Assembly (NCBI GenBank): GCA_951406725.2
Contig: OX597828.1
Coordinates: forward strand, 34,968,001-35,032,000
DNA: 64,000 nt
Direction of reading: 5' to 3'
From: Octopus vulgaris
Taxonomy: Eukaryota
A program made the translations under genes and the position numbers. Of this stretch, positions 26,220-39,388 are shown piece after piece. Within the stretch, counting starts at the first letter, position 1; each line of letters opens with the position of its first letter. A model generated the notes under the pieces. It had not been told where the DNA came from. It searched no databases and saw only the letters and a list, made by a program, of their open reading frames with translations.

Positions 26220-26399
26220 GTTGCTACTATTATTACTGCTGCAGCTACTACTACTACTACTATTGCTACTATTATTACTGCTGCAGCTACTACTGCTACT
26301 ACTACTACTACTACTATTGCTACTATTATTACTGCTGCAGCTACTACTGCTACTACTACTACTACTAATATTGCTACTATTATTACTGCTGCAGCTACA

Positions 26400-26454
<55 letters not shown>

Positions 26455-26610
26455 TTGCTACTATCATTACTGCTGCAGCTACTACTGCTGATGCTGTTGC
26501 TGTTGCTACTACTACAACAACCACCACCACCAGCACTGCTAACGCCACCGTCGCCGCTGCTGCTGCTACTGTTACTACTGCCACTGCTACTACTACTACT
26601 ACTATTGTTG
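26085..26610. repeat. Higher-order (ACT)n array with six ttgctactattattactgctgcagct cassettes
   Basis: Cassette recurs six times, separated by variable ACT runs. Confidence 0.92.
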
Positions 26611-26703
26611 GTGCTGTGCTTGTTAATTCTGTTGTAAATTGTTTAAAGAAATAGAAGAGAGAGAGAGAGAGAGAGAGAATTAGTGAGAAACAAAAAGACT
26701 GAG

Positions 26704-26737
<34 letters not shown>

Positions 26738-27400
26738 AAGTGGGTGAGGGGGAAGCCCTGTAAAAGAACTCGGATGATTTGGCCTCCAACCTGACCTTTT
26801 GCAACAACCTTAAAGCCAGGATCTTTTCAGCATCCCTTCGTGCATGTGAAGGCCGGGACAAGGTGCTTTTTGTGGAAGATTGACAGTTGGTCGTGCATGT
26901 AAATCTCTTCTCTCTACACCATCGATGTCCTAAACCAAGGAAAAAAAAAAAGACTTTTAGAGCCGATGTAGTGTGATACCAGAGCAGAGCTGTCGAAGGC
27001 GTCGCTGTCCAAACAAGCAAGGGATCAAAACAAATACCGCAAGGTACCGCAATGGACATTAAGACAGTTCTGCAAATCTATCTCCCTAAATTTGTATTTT
27101 CGACCCTGAATGGGTTAAAACGAAAAGGTTTGAAATCGGCTGGACTTGAATCAATAACGCACTGTATCAGCAACGTGAAAGTAGTTTAGCCAACGAGTTA
27201 AGCGATTCAGACAATTCGCCGGTTAGTATATGACATATTTATATAGTCTATATTAAAGTATTATATAGTGCAGTGTAGTCTAGCACATAGTGTGTGAACA
27301 ACAATAGTGTGGTGAATAAATTTGCATAATGAAATAATATAGCATATTATAGCTGTGTTGTATTTTATAGTAGAATATGAGAATAATGAAACCATTTATA

Positions 27401-27476
<76 letters not shown>

Positions 27477-27852
27477 TGCTACCTGTTACGTCCCTTGGTC
27501 CACTCCAAAATGGCAAACACCTCTTTGTTACTAGAAGTGATTACTTCACAACGTCCATTGAAAAGCTAATTTAAATAGCGTAAACCGATTGGATATCACT
27601 ACATCCATAAAATATGTATACATTTAAAAAAAATTTCTTTATAAAAAGATATTAAACTATGTGACCGAAGGCATTTCTCTTCTACTTTTTATATATGTTT
27701 TCCATATATTTTCAACTCATAATTTTGCCACGTGGTGTATACTGAATCTCCAGTATTTTTGCTCCTCTTACATATTTTTATAATTCTCTCTCTCCCCCCC
27801 TCTCTCTCTCCCCTCTCTCTCTTCTCCCTCCCTCTCCCTCCACACACATACA

Positions 27853-27924
<72 letters not shown>

Positions 27925-27934
27925 TATATCACCT

Positions 27935-29325
27935 GGATCGTCTGGGTTGGCCAGGCTGTCTGGTGCCGAGTAGGCTCCGCTAGCCACAGCATTCACCATA
28001 TTCCCCTCATGCTTTCGCCATTCTCCACGTTATTCCAAACATTTTTCGTAAATCATCTTCCCATCTGATTGGAGATCTTCCTAGTAGCCTCTTCTGCTCG
28101 TGTGAGTACCACTCGACAAAAGCACGGATCCACCGATCGTCTGTGAACCTTGCGACATGACCGGCCCATCGTAGCTTTGCTTCACTCCAGTCCCATCTCT
28201 GATCTCTTTTCGGGTGTGGTCCCTTACGAAGAATCCCAGTATCTATTTATTTATTGCCCACAAGGGGCTAAACATAGAGGGGTCAAACAATGAGAGACAA
28301 AGGGATTAAGTCGATTAGATCGACCCCAGTGCGTAACTGGTACTTATTTAATCGACCACGAAAGGATGAAAGGCAAAGTCAGCCTCGGCGGAGTTTGAAC
28401 TCGGAACGTAACGGTAGACGAAATACTTATTTCTTTACTACCCACAAGGGGCTATAAACACAGAGAGGACAAACAAGGACAGACAAACGGATTAAGTCGA
28501 TTACATCGACCCCAGTGCGTAACTTGTTTTTATTTAATCGACCCCGAAAGGATGAAAGGCAAAGTCGACCGTGGCGGAATTTGAACTCGGTACGTAACGG
28601 TAGACGAAATACCTATTTCTTTACTATCCACAAGGGGCTCAACACAGAGGGGACAAACAAGGACAGACAAATGGATTAAGTCGATTAGCTCTACCCCAGT
28701 GCGTAACTGGTACTTATTTAATCGACCCCGAAAGGATGAAAGGCAAAGTCGACCTCGGCGGAATTTGAACTCAGAACGTAGCGGCAGACGAAATACCTAT
28801 TTCTATTTCTTTATCACCCACAAGGGGCTAAACAAGGACAGACAAACGGATTAAGTCGATTACATCGACCCCAGTGCGTAACTGGTACTTATTTAATCGA
28901 CCCCGAAATGATGAAAGGCAAAGTCGACCTCGGCGGAATTTGAACTCAGAACGTAGCGGCAGACGAAATACCGCTAAGCATTTCGCCCGGAGTGCTAACG
29001 TTTCTGCCAGCTCACCGCCCTCCAAGATTCCCAGTATCGACCTTTCCATGGCTCTCTGCACCGTAAGCAGATGTTCATCTCTCTTCGTCAAGACCTAAAT
29101 ATAACATTACAGGTAACAGTGTACTGTTGAAGAGACTGTTGCGAGTTTCCCTGTCTAGGTTCTCCTTCAGCACATCCTTCGCCGAGTTGATCACTCTCCA
29201 TCCTGCTCTTGTCCTTTGCCAGATCTCATTCGCCATCCCTCGCCTCATGATCGCTTCGTGACCGAGATACACATAACTGCTAACCTCTTCTATTTCATCA
29301 CCTTCGACTGTTAGGTGACTGTGTG
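27935..29325 (-). pseudogene. 5'-truncated RTE-clade LINE ORF remnant, split by a SINE multimer
   Basis: Translations EIEEVSSYVYLGHE...RAGWRV...LFNSTLLPVMLY, VQRAMERSILGI, KLRWAGHVARFTDDRW...GRSPIRWEDD are typical of the RTE RT C-terminal region; frameshifted. Confidence 0.88.
28244..29023 (-). mobile_element. SINE family B tetramer within the RTE remnant, 15-bp TSD
   Basis: Junctions at 28428, 28614, 28798; flanks aagaatcccagtatc (28229-28243) and aagattcccagtatc (29024-29038). Confidence 0.92.
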
Positions 29326-29401
29326 TTTGTCTAGGCCATCGGGCGAATAGGAGAACAGCCTACAGATATAGAGATTAGCCGCGCTGAAAATGTATATATG
29401 T

Positions 29402-29515
29402 ATATCATGTGACCGACCAGTCCATCAGATGTAGTTACACGTCGCTGGTCACAATGCGTTCGCATTGTTTTAGCCTTCGAATGACGCCACCCCGCTGGCT
29501 AAGCGAGCAGGCCAT
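29402..29515 (-). mobile_element. Isolated SINE 3' tail module with strong hairpins
   Basis: Hairpin acaatgcg-tt-cgcattgt; reverse complement resembles 38478-38587. Confidence 0.55.
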
Positions 29516-29717
29516 ATATATGTATATATATATATATAGATAGTGTTCGTGTAGGTAAGTAGTGTAATGTTAATCGTTACTAATTGTGTAATATTTAATT
29601 AAATAGATTTTCTTTGGTTCATTACGCGCTTCTTTCGCTATTTGAGTTTCGAGCCGAGTGTGTACCTGGGTATTATTCCACAGTTTATACTCTGTTGATT
29701 GAGGAGTTGCTCATTGT

Positions 29718-29771
29718 TACTGGTGGTGGTGGTGGTGGTGGTGGTGGTGGTGGTGGTGGTGGTGGTGGTTG

Positions 29772-29802
<31 letters not shown>

Positions 29803-30065
29803 AGTGATGGATGTTGGTGATGACGAAAATCATGATATTGAACAGCATCAAAATCAAAATGATGGGGAACGATAGTGATGGCAATAGTGGCGTGATGATA
29901 GCGATGAGAATGATGCCAATAACAGTAATCATCGTCAGCATCATCATCATCATCATCATCACAACCACCACCATCAACATGGCCGTGCTCAATGACGGTC
30001 GCAGAGGGAGTAACGGTGTGCATAACGATGATTATCACCATCACCACCATCACAAAAAACCTCCT

Positions 30066-30098
<33 letters not shown>

Positions 30099-30125
30099 TC
30101 ATCATCATTACTCTTACCACCATCA
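29718..30125. repeat. GGT/GAT then CAT/CAC trinucleotide region with internal strand switch
   Basis: Direct reading. Confidence 0.85.
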
Positions 30126-31787
30126 TACTTGTATATCTTTGTAGTTCGCAATTCCTCCCTCCCCACCTCAATTATCCGCCTCTAACCACTCCCCACCAGT
30201 TCTGTATAACACGCTATCAACCTGTTATCAACACGTTATCAGCGTGCTATCATTAAGTGAATGCAAGACAAGTGAATGGCCTAGAAAACAAATGAAGCTT
30301 TCGGCGAATCGAATCCATAATTTGCTTTCCATTATTTTTTCCTTTAAAGCCATTTTAGTTTTATCTACTACCCTACTATTCTCAAGGACATTATCGATGT
30401 ATGAACGTCACATGATCTCAGTCCGCCATCTTTTGTGTAGGTCTCAATGAAACTTCGTATGCATACGTGCTTCGACAATCGATAGTTTCTGTCTAAGTAA
30501 AAGCAGGAAGCGGGCGGAGGTAGATCTCTCTCGGCGAGTCACGTCCGTGCTCGACCCGTTTTTTACTTCACAGATCGATCAGACATTTTTCTATATATAT
30601 GAAAAACAAAGATTAGTTCAATTAGTGATTACTTTAGACAAAAATGAATAACAAATATATAGCAAAACTTCATGGACGAAACAATTCTTTTGCATACACA
30701 CAGCATCCGTATTAAAAACATGGTAGAGTTGGATGCGATCGGCTGACAAAAAATGTGTCACAGCCTTCTATAATTCCTTTTAAGGAATCTTCCCTCAGAT
30801 GTCAGTCAAATAATTGGTGCTCTCGTTGCTTAATTCCAAGCCAGAGCTGATCCAAAAGACCTATACTGAAAGACATTCCAACTGCAATCGTTTCATAATT
30901 TTTTTACTCAGGCAGTCTTTCTAGGACTGTTATCCAGCATGTGTGTCCTTTCTTATGTAAAACAACAATGTATAATGTGAAGGCGGTTTAGCTGCTTTTC
31001 TTTGCAGAAAGAGCGACCGCTCAGACGCTCCTTTTCTGGATCGGTAACTGAATAATTCTGAACAGCAGGTATTTCTTTATGTCTTACCTATTCTTGAAAT
31101 CAGGTTTACATCATTTGCTCTCGAGTTTTATTGATTTCTGGCCCTGGGAAAAAATCAATGGAGCGTTAGTGCAAACATGAATGGCGGAGGTAAATCGATC
31201 GAGTTTAGCAACAGATGACAGCGTCGGTGGAGTTTTACCAGCTTCCGAAACATTTTTGTTTATCTGCTGAAGATAAAACAGAAATCGGTCAGTCAGTTTG
31301 ATGATAATCGATTTATCCTATTCATCTCCTCGACTGTTGTATTGTTAAATAATTTAATCCGAGAACTACTTCTTAAATCTTCTTCAAAGCTTAAAGAGAA
31401 TATCATTTCGACATTTCTGTTTCTAGAAATGAATATTATATAACATACAACATTATATAATTTCCTTGCGAGTATTTTTATCTCGGTAATTTTGACGTGA
31501 GATGAAAAGAGAGAAGTTTTGATCCAACAAAACCTTCGTTAATCCGGTCAACCATGTGTAATAAATAGATTCACATCATTTGTTTCATCGATTTTTGTCC
31601 TCTTAATTTTGCGAAGGAGACGTGCGATTTGCAAATGTTTGGGGTGAAAGAATACTATTTCGAAGATTGGAAGGATTTGACGTCACCAAAACCCTATTTG
31701 TAAACAAAATCACTGAGAGGAGAACGACGCGCTTTTAACAACTGATAAAGAGTGATGGTGGTGGTGGTGGTGGTGGTGGTGGTAGTG

Positions 31788-31821
<34 letters not shown>

Positions 31822-31831
31822 CAGCAGCAGC

Positions 31832-32067
31832 AAGACGGCAAGCTGGCAGAAAAGTTAGCACGCCAGGCGAAATGCTTAGCGGAAATTCGTCTGCCGCTAC
31901 GTTCTGAGTTCAAATTCCGCCGAGGCCGACTTTGCCTTTCATCCTTTCGGGGTCGATTAAATAAGTACCTGTTACACACTGGGGTCGATATATAATCGAC
32001 TTAATCCGTTTGTCTGTCCTTGTTTGTCCCCTCTATGTTTAGCCCCCTTGTGGGCAATAAAGAAATA
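31832..32067 (+). mobile_element. SINE family B inserted in an AGT/AGC microsatellite
   Basis: Full copy ending aaagaaata; (agt)n(agc)n on both sides. Confidence 0.92.
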
Positions 32068-32122
32068 AGTAGTAGTAGTAGTAGTAGTAGTAGTAGCAGC
32101 AGCAGCAGCAGCAGTGGTCGTG

Positions 32123-32162
<40 letters not shown>

Positions 32163-32901
32163 CAGCAGCAGCAGCAGCAGTGGTAGTGGTGGTAGTTGTA
32201 GTAGTAGTAGTAGTAGTGCTGTAGGCAGAGGTAGCCATTTTTACATCGCAGTTTGTAGCGTGTTTTATGCTATTAGATTGGAGTCAAAGAGAAAACCTTT
32301 CTAGAATTGCATCCAAATACCCTCAGATATTACCCTGACTCCTCTCAAGAAAAGAACATATGTAATACCATTCAACATACCCTTAAAAATGATGGGATGT
32401 TCACAGTTAGAACTCTTTCAATCATAGATCAGTTCGATCAGGATTTCACCAATAACAACAACAGACAAAAGTGGCGTAGATTTCAAGCGATTGTGTGGGA
32501 ATTAAATTAGATTAAATAGCTGTGATCTGCTTTTATTTAAGGTAACATTCCCAAGAAATGTTAATTTGATTTTGCTAACTGACAAGCCATCGGCAATAAG
32601 TTTTAAGAAAGGGATCCAGGAAAGAGAGAGTGAGAAAAAAATAATTATAAAACGACCTACATACGCCCACATTTATTTCGATTTTTATCAAGTTGTTTTC
32701 TACATTTGCATTTCTCAAATAGATTTTAGGAGAAAATCTATTTTATTTGGTTTTGAAATTTATGATTTCCATACTCAAGTGTTTTGACATTTTCTTATTT
32801 TGATCTTACCAATATTTTCCCTCCGTCTTCTCGTGTCTCGTTTGATTTCTATCGCAGAAAACTACTATGAAATATTTTTTTAAAGCCTCCACAATTTTCT
32901 C

Positions 32902-32942
<41 letters not shown>

Positions 32943-33039
32943 GTTATTATATTTATTTTGCCTTTCTTATTTTCTTTATTCACGGTATAAAACATTTAAT
33001 GCAGTGCACTAACTCTTCAGTGAATCTAACGCCCTTTCA

Positions 33040-33472
33040 TTGAATTTGCATGTAATAAAATGAAAATTCTCGGGTAACGACCGAAAGGGTACGATTGCAA
33101 ATAGAAGCGGCCAAAATGAGGTTCCTTCGATGGATCTCTGGAGTATTGTTACTCGACAGGGTGCGTAGCTCGGATATCAGGGATGTCGGGTTGTTACTTC
33201 TCCCCATCGAGAAGTCACAGCTCCGGATCACAACGGACATGCGATTAGAATGTCGCAAGAAACGATCACAAGATGAGCTCTTCAAGCCGAACCGACCGGC
33301 AAGGGATCTAAGGGGGGACCAAGTTCAAGATGGTTGGATAATATCCATAGTCACAGGTTGTCACGCTTGTAAATCCACTTGGAAAATCTAAAGACGGTTG
33401 TGTCTGATAGGATCCTAGGAGGAATTGCCTGAGGAGTCTGTTCCCAAGACCTATCCGGAGAAGATGTAAATA
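33040..33472 (+). pseudogene. 3' end of an RTE-clade LINE (Rex3/Expander-like)
   Basis: QIEAAKMRFLRWISGVLLLDRVRSSDIR..LLLPIEKSQLR, then frameshifted GHAIRM..PTG..RWLDNI..RNCLRSLFPRP, matching the recalled Rex3/Expander C-terminus. Confidence 0.82.
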
Positions 33473-34143
33473 ATGTACAAAATTCCTCATCTCTTAAATA
33501 TAGATCTGTAACGTCGATAACAGCAGCAAGAACAACAACTAGTATAACATTCTTCAGCTGTAAAATGAATGAACTTAGGCGTGAAGCAAAATTACAAGAC
33601 AAAACTGAAAAAAAAGGAAGAAGAACCACAGACATTTCACTTTGCAGAAACATCTTCAATTATTATCAACTTGTTTTCTGCATTTGCTTTTCTCAGATTT
33701 TCTGAGATTTGGAAATTAATGGATTCACTCCTCAAGAATTTTGACATTTGCTTATTTTGATTTTACCAATATTTTCCCCACAAAATCATCTCCTCATACC
33801 TCCTTCGAGTTTTCTGAAGAACTATTTTTAACAAGGTTCTTTTTAATTTATTTTTTCCTATTCATAGAGTCAAATGAGATAGATTCGGTAGTTTTAGCGC
33901 TGGGGAAAATTCGTCCCACTAAAGAACCCTTCAAGGCGGTGCCCCAGCATGGCCGCAGTCCAATGACAAACAAATAACCTATAAAAGCTATCATATAATA
34001 CAAAACATGATTATTTCCTTAATTTAAAATATCTATATGCTATTCTTTTGTCGCATAAAGTTATTTGAAGTAGATGTTTATTTGATGGAGCATAAAGCTT
34101 ACCTCATCAATTTTGTGAACTCTAGACAAAGTGTTGGACATCA

Positions 34144-34528
34144 GTGGAGGCGCAATGGCCCAGTGGTTAGGGCAGCGGACTCGCGGTCGTAGGATCGCGG
34201 TTTCGATTCCCAGACCGGGTGTTGTGAGTGTTAATTGAGCGAAAACACCTAAAGCTCCACGAGGCTCTGGCAGGGATGGTGGTGATCCCTGCTGCACTCT
34301 TTCACCACAACTTTCTCTCACTCATACTTCCTGTTTCTGTTGTACCTGTATTTCAAAGGGCCGGCCTTGTCACTCTCTGTGTCACGCTGAATATCCCCGA
34401 GAACTACGTTAAGGGTACACGTGTCTGTGGAATGCTCAGCCACTTACACGTTAATTTCACGAGCAGGCTGTTCCGTTGATCGGATCAACCGGAACCCTCG
34501 TCGTCGTAACCGACGGAGTGCTTCCATC
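34144..34528 (+). mobile_element. SINE family C, full length, 11-bp TSD gttggacatca
   Basis: TSD at 34133-34143 and 34529-34539; intact Pol III A and B boxes. Confidence 0.95.
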
Positions 34529-34669
34529 GTTGGACATCATGAGCTTAACACCACCGCGTTCACTTGTACATATTCTTAGTGCTTCTTTTTCTCTGACAGG
34601 GACGCTTCAAACAGCGACGGAACACTGTCTTGTATATTATAACTTATGCCTGCAAACTTCTGTTGTACG

Positions 34670-34718
<49 letters not shown>

Positions 34719-34964
34719 TCGTATTAACTGGAACGGCTCATGTACTGAGAAGAGCATTATCGCTGCGAAAACAACATCCATCCATGAATTTATTTATTTA
34801 TTAATTTTTAAATACATATTACATCTGTGAATTTGCGCGCGTAATCTGGGAATGCATACAATGAGCTTCTCTGCTCTAGGTGTACGGAAAACACCCGGCG
34901 AGAAACGGAAGAAAATTTGAAGAAGGAAAAAAAAAAAAAATAATAATAATAATAATAATAATAA

Positions 34965-35260
34965 TCTTTTCTACTCTAAGCACAAGGCCCGAAATTATGG
35001 GGGAGTGGGGGAGTCGATTAGATCAACTCCAATACGCAACTGGTACTTAATTTATCGACCCCCGAAAGGATGAAAGGCAAAGTCGACCTCAGCCGAGTTT
35101 GAACTCAGAACATAGAGACATGAAATAACACTAAGCATCCTTTCTACTATAGGTACAAGGCCTGACATTTGAGGGGAGGGGGCCAGTCGATTGAATCGAC
35201 ACCAGTACGTAACTGGTACTTAATTTATCGACCCCCGAACGGATGAAAAGCAAAGACAAT
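34965..35260 (-). mobile_element. Two adjacent partial SINE B copies (tail type 2)
   Basis: ctttctact...acaagg...gtcgatt...actggtacttaatttatcgacc occurs twice. Confidence 0.8.
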
Positions 35261-35429
35261 TTCATTTATTTGCCACTAGGGTGAAGGATGAGAGGGACAA
35301 ATATTAAGTATGAGACAGTGGTTTTCATGGCCTCTGTGAACGCGGTGGTATTAAGCTAACCCGGCTGAAGCTCATGATGTCCAACACTTTGTCTGGAGTT
35401 CACAAAATTGATGAAGTAACTAATGGAAA

Positions 35430-35930
35430 GTGTTAACATGCACATGTTGTGACTCGGTGTAAAAGATGTGTTACAGCAAATATTCTGCTCAATGCCACAG
35501 ATTTGCTTGCCAGTTGTTTGATCTTAACCAATTGAGCATGTCTCTTGGTGGCTGACGATAAGTGCATCTCTGATCAGGAGCAGGAGTCGTGGGGGAGCGT
35601 CACAGTGGAGGAACATCATGAACTGAGAAAATTCCTTTTGGGTTTGAATAATTCACACCTGGAGACATGTTTGTTTCGTTTATCATCCTTAAACAACCCT
35701 TATTCAGGGACCTTTTGAGCGGAAAGGGTTGCTCGACCTGAAAATAATTATAACAGGGCACTAGCTGTAAGTTCATGCGCAGTTTATTTTGATATGAGCG
35801 CATCATGTGGTGCACACACGGTTGTAATGCATGTGCCTGGTGTTCCCTTATCAGACGGGTAGTCATGATGGGTATATCAGACTTTGTGTATTCATACACC
35901 AGTGTCACTCTGATGGCGTGTGCTACTCTC
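35430..35930. mobile_element. Unclassified interspersed-repeat-like segment (possible LINE 3' UTR)
   Basis: GC-richer block without a credible ORF; resembles a recalled octopus repeat but is single-copy in this window. Confidence 0.35.
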
Positions 35931-36770
35931 AAGATATGTTAACATTCAAGTACCAAAGCCTATAATTTGCGGAAAGAGACCCTGTGAGATCTCTGACAAC
36001 AGGTTGCTGTCCGCTCTCACTAATTTAATCAGAGCAAGTAAGACCGAAAGTTCTGAGATGTCAAACAACAACAACAACAACAACAATAATAATAATGATA
36101 ATAATAATAATAATGAAATTATAATAATTTCCTATATACAGTGTTTTTAGTCAAATTTGGTTTCTCACTTTGGTGAAAGGATTATAATCGATAGAACTCC
36201 TTACATCACAGCAGCACACGTTTTGATACTTACTTTATCAATTATTGATCTTTGCGATTTGAGAAGATGAAAGAAAGTAAAGTCTGTCGGGGTATGACAG
36301 CAGAATATTAAGAGACAAAACTCTAAACAGAGCTTTTATTTGACGCCCTACTTTTCTATCATTTCAGCGTCCTTTCACCGAATTTACTTTGCTATTTTCT
36401 TTAATTCATTCACAAATCAAAGCATTATATTACATATAATTCATTCTAATTTAGAAAGTATTACACTAATAAGAGAGAAGAGCAACATTTTCTGGCGTGT
36501 TAGACTAGCTCAAAGCTACTAACAGTTCTAATCAATCAAGTGAAGTGAGACATATCGATTTGATAATTTGTCTGTCCTCTGTATCTCAAGTGATACACAG
36601 GACATATTTTCCTGACATCCAGGCATCGTATATGATACACTACCACACATATTGCTACTTCTTCGATCATCAGAGCAACTTGGGACTTATACAAGGAAAG
36701 CTGTTTATCGTCCAGAACGTATGAAATAAATGCTACCCGCTCCCTCTTTCTATTCCACCCCTCCTCTCTC

Positions 36771-36774
<4 letters not shown>

Positions 36775-36839
<65 letters not shown>

Positions 36840-36931
36840 TACATATACATATACATATATATATATACATATACATATACATATATATATATATACATAT
36901 ACATATATATATATATATATGTGCATGTATG

Positions 36932-36971
<40 letters not shown>

Positions 36972-36979
36972 CATACATG

Positions 36980-37012
<33 letters not shown>
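36775..37012. repeat. (TA)n-rich compound microsatellite
   Basis: Direct reading. Confidence 0.95.
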
Positions 37013-37015
<3 letters not shown>

Positions 37016-37016
<1 letters not shown>

Positions 37017-37225
37017 GAAGGAATGCTGGAAAGCTCCTGGTTCTAAGGGTATCACGAAAGGTCCGGGTAAAAGGCCCAACCTTCCGAGTTCTTTTACAGA
37101 ACTTGGAAAAACTGAAGGACCGCTGCAATAATTGTGTGAATCTGAAACTGGAATATATTCAATAAAATCATAATTAACTGATTCTCCTCCTGTATTGTCT
37201 TTTACTCAAAGCCTGGAACTTTTCA

Positions 37226-37230
<5 letters not shown>
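37016..37230 (+). mobile_element. Mariner-derived MITE retaining the transposase C-terminus
   Basis: Ends atgctggaaagctcctgg / cctggaacttttcagcat; internal [20 protein letters not shown] resembles mariner KL..RW.KC....G.Y.E*; sits in TA runs. Confidence 0.75.
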
Positions 37231-37283
<53 letters not shown>

Positions 37284-38140
37284 CCATACAAAGATAAATA
37301 TATGTATGCATGCATGTATGTATGTTATCCACCAATTAATGTTGTACCCAAAGGTATTGCTCCCAATAATTAAAAGTTTGAAAATATACATACGTTTTGA
37401 ACAAACATATGAAAATACTTTGGACAGGCAAAGGGTTATGTGGCTTATACAGCCATGGAATTAAGAACTCAGTTCGTATTCTGCTAAGTTTATTTTTAAC
37501 CATATGGTTTACTTTGAACCTTTGATCTTAAGATGGCAAACCGACCCGAAGAAGACGTTCTTTGACGGTTTTAAATACGTCTAAAATACGAAGGAAAGGG
37601 CATATAAGGAACAGCATTGATCATAAGGCTAACTTTAGCAAAATATGAAACTCTTAATTTATTTGTAGTTGTTTTAATCAAATTAGCGTTCCAGCTATGA
37701 TTATCACATTTTTTTCTTAAATTCGTCTATCCATATTTTAAAGACCGTAGGAGATTTGGCTGCCATTTTTAGCAAGTAGAGCAACTACGTAAAGCGCCAG
37801 TAAGCGCTGGACAATATATATATGTTTAAAATTTTAATTATCCCCCGCAGGTGTATGTACAATCAATTGTTTAACCAGTCCTTATCACATTTAATTATTA
37901 ATGCGTAATTAGCAGCAAAGAGCTCAAAGGCATGTACAGGAGAGTTGTAATGTTAACACATCTCCCAATGGAAAGACCTATAAATAAATCAAATGAAATT
38001 GCCACCACGGGGCTTTTCAAATTGCTCACAAACTCTACTGTGTTTAAGTTGTTTTATAATCAGTGTTCTGGTCAACACAATAAAGCGATCTCCTGTAGAG
38101 TGGCGAAATAAGATTAATGTCTACTCTTTAACCTAATACA

Positions 38141-38830
38141 GGTGCAGAAGTGGCGGCGTGGTAAGAAGCTTGCTTTCCAATCACATGATTCTGGGTTCAG
38201 TCCCACTGCGTGGCACCTTGGACAAGTGTCTTCTACTATATATAGCCTCAGGCTGATTAAAGTCTTGTGAGTGGATTTTATAGAGGGAAACTGAAAGAAG
38301 CCCGTCACATGTGTGTGAACGTGCATGGTCAGTCGCGATCGCAAGATCGTGGTTTCGTCTCCCAGGCCGCCGGAGCATTGTGATTTTGAGCAAAACGTCA
38401 TTTCATGTTGGTCCAGTCCACTCAGCTGTAAGGCGGTAATATTGCCACGGACTGGTTTTCCGTTCAGGAGTAATGCTGGCCTGCTTGCCCGCCTTCCTGC
38501 CCGCTAAGCCAGCAAGCTGATCTCAATAAAAACCTCAATAACCAGCGATATATGACATCATCCAAAAATCTGGTCGATACAGTGATGTGTGTGTGTGTGT
38601 GCTTGCTTATATATTTATTCTTTTACCCTTTTACTTGTTTCAATCATTGGACTGCGGCCATGCTGGGGCACCACAATGACGTTTTAGTTGACTGTGTCGA
38701 CCCTAGTACTTATTCTCTTTAAGCCTTGCTTCTTATTCTATCCCTCACTTTTGCCGAACCGCTAGCATATGGGAACGCAAACAGACCAACACAGATTGTC
38801 AGGCGGTGGTGGAAGGACAAACACATACAC
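38141..38830. mobile_element. Composite of SINE fragments: A head (+), D core with hairpin tail (+), A tail (-)
   Basis: 38141-38315 family A 5' half; 38322-38587 tgagcaaaacgtcatttcatgttggtccagtccactcagctg; 38618-38830 family A 3' half inverted. Confidence 0.7.
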
Positions 38831-38965
38831 AAAGACTCACACACACACACACACACACACATACATACAGACATGCGTAAAATATGTGACAATTATTCGG
38901 TTGCCTAAATAAAATTTACATAATATCGAGGTCGTATTCATCCTTTTGTTGTCATACTATCACTA

Positions 38966-39005
<40 letters not shown>

Positions 39006-39056
39006 TACATACATATATATACATATATATATATATATACATATATATACATGTAT

Positions 39057-39121
<65 letters not shown>

Positions 39122-39354
39122 TCCATAGATCGAGGTGTAGGAAGAAAGTTAGCTTCAAGCAATCCGTAGTAAGACGTAGTATATAAAAAAATGGTCTAAT
39201 AAGACGGAAGGTTGTGGATTCATTTCTTACCGAAGTACGATAAATTGAAAGCAATTGTTTTTATATTTCACAGTCTCCCTGCGACAATGTGTTCTTTCAT
39301 TTAATCAAAATATCCTTGGCCTAAACTCATGTGCGTATATATATATATATATAT

Positions 39355-39388
<34 letters not shown>

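Noticed and set aside
26750-26930. GC-richer block possibly an exon or L1/Tx1 C-terminal relic (FCNNLKARIF...FVED*)
   Set aside because: Similarity too weak to assign; no convincing splice sites or recognisable host domain.
34144-34220. tRNA gene-like sequence (also 21773, 44252, 48453)
   Set aside because: Acceptor and T stems do not pair properly and each continues into a SINE body; these are tRNA-derived heads.
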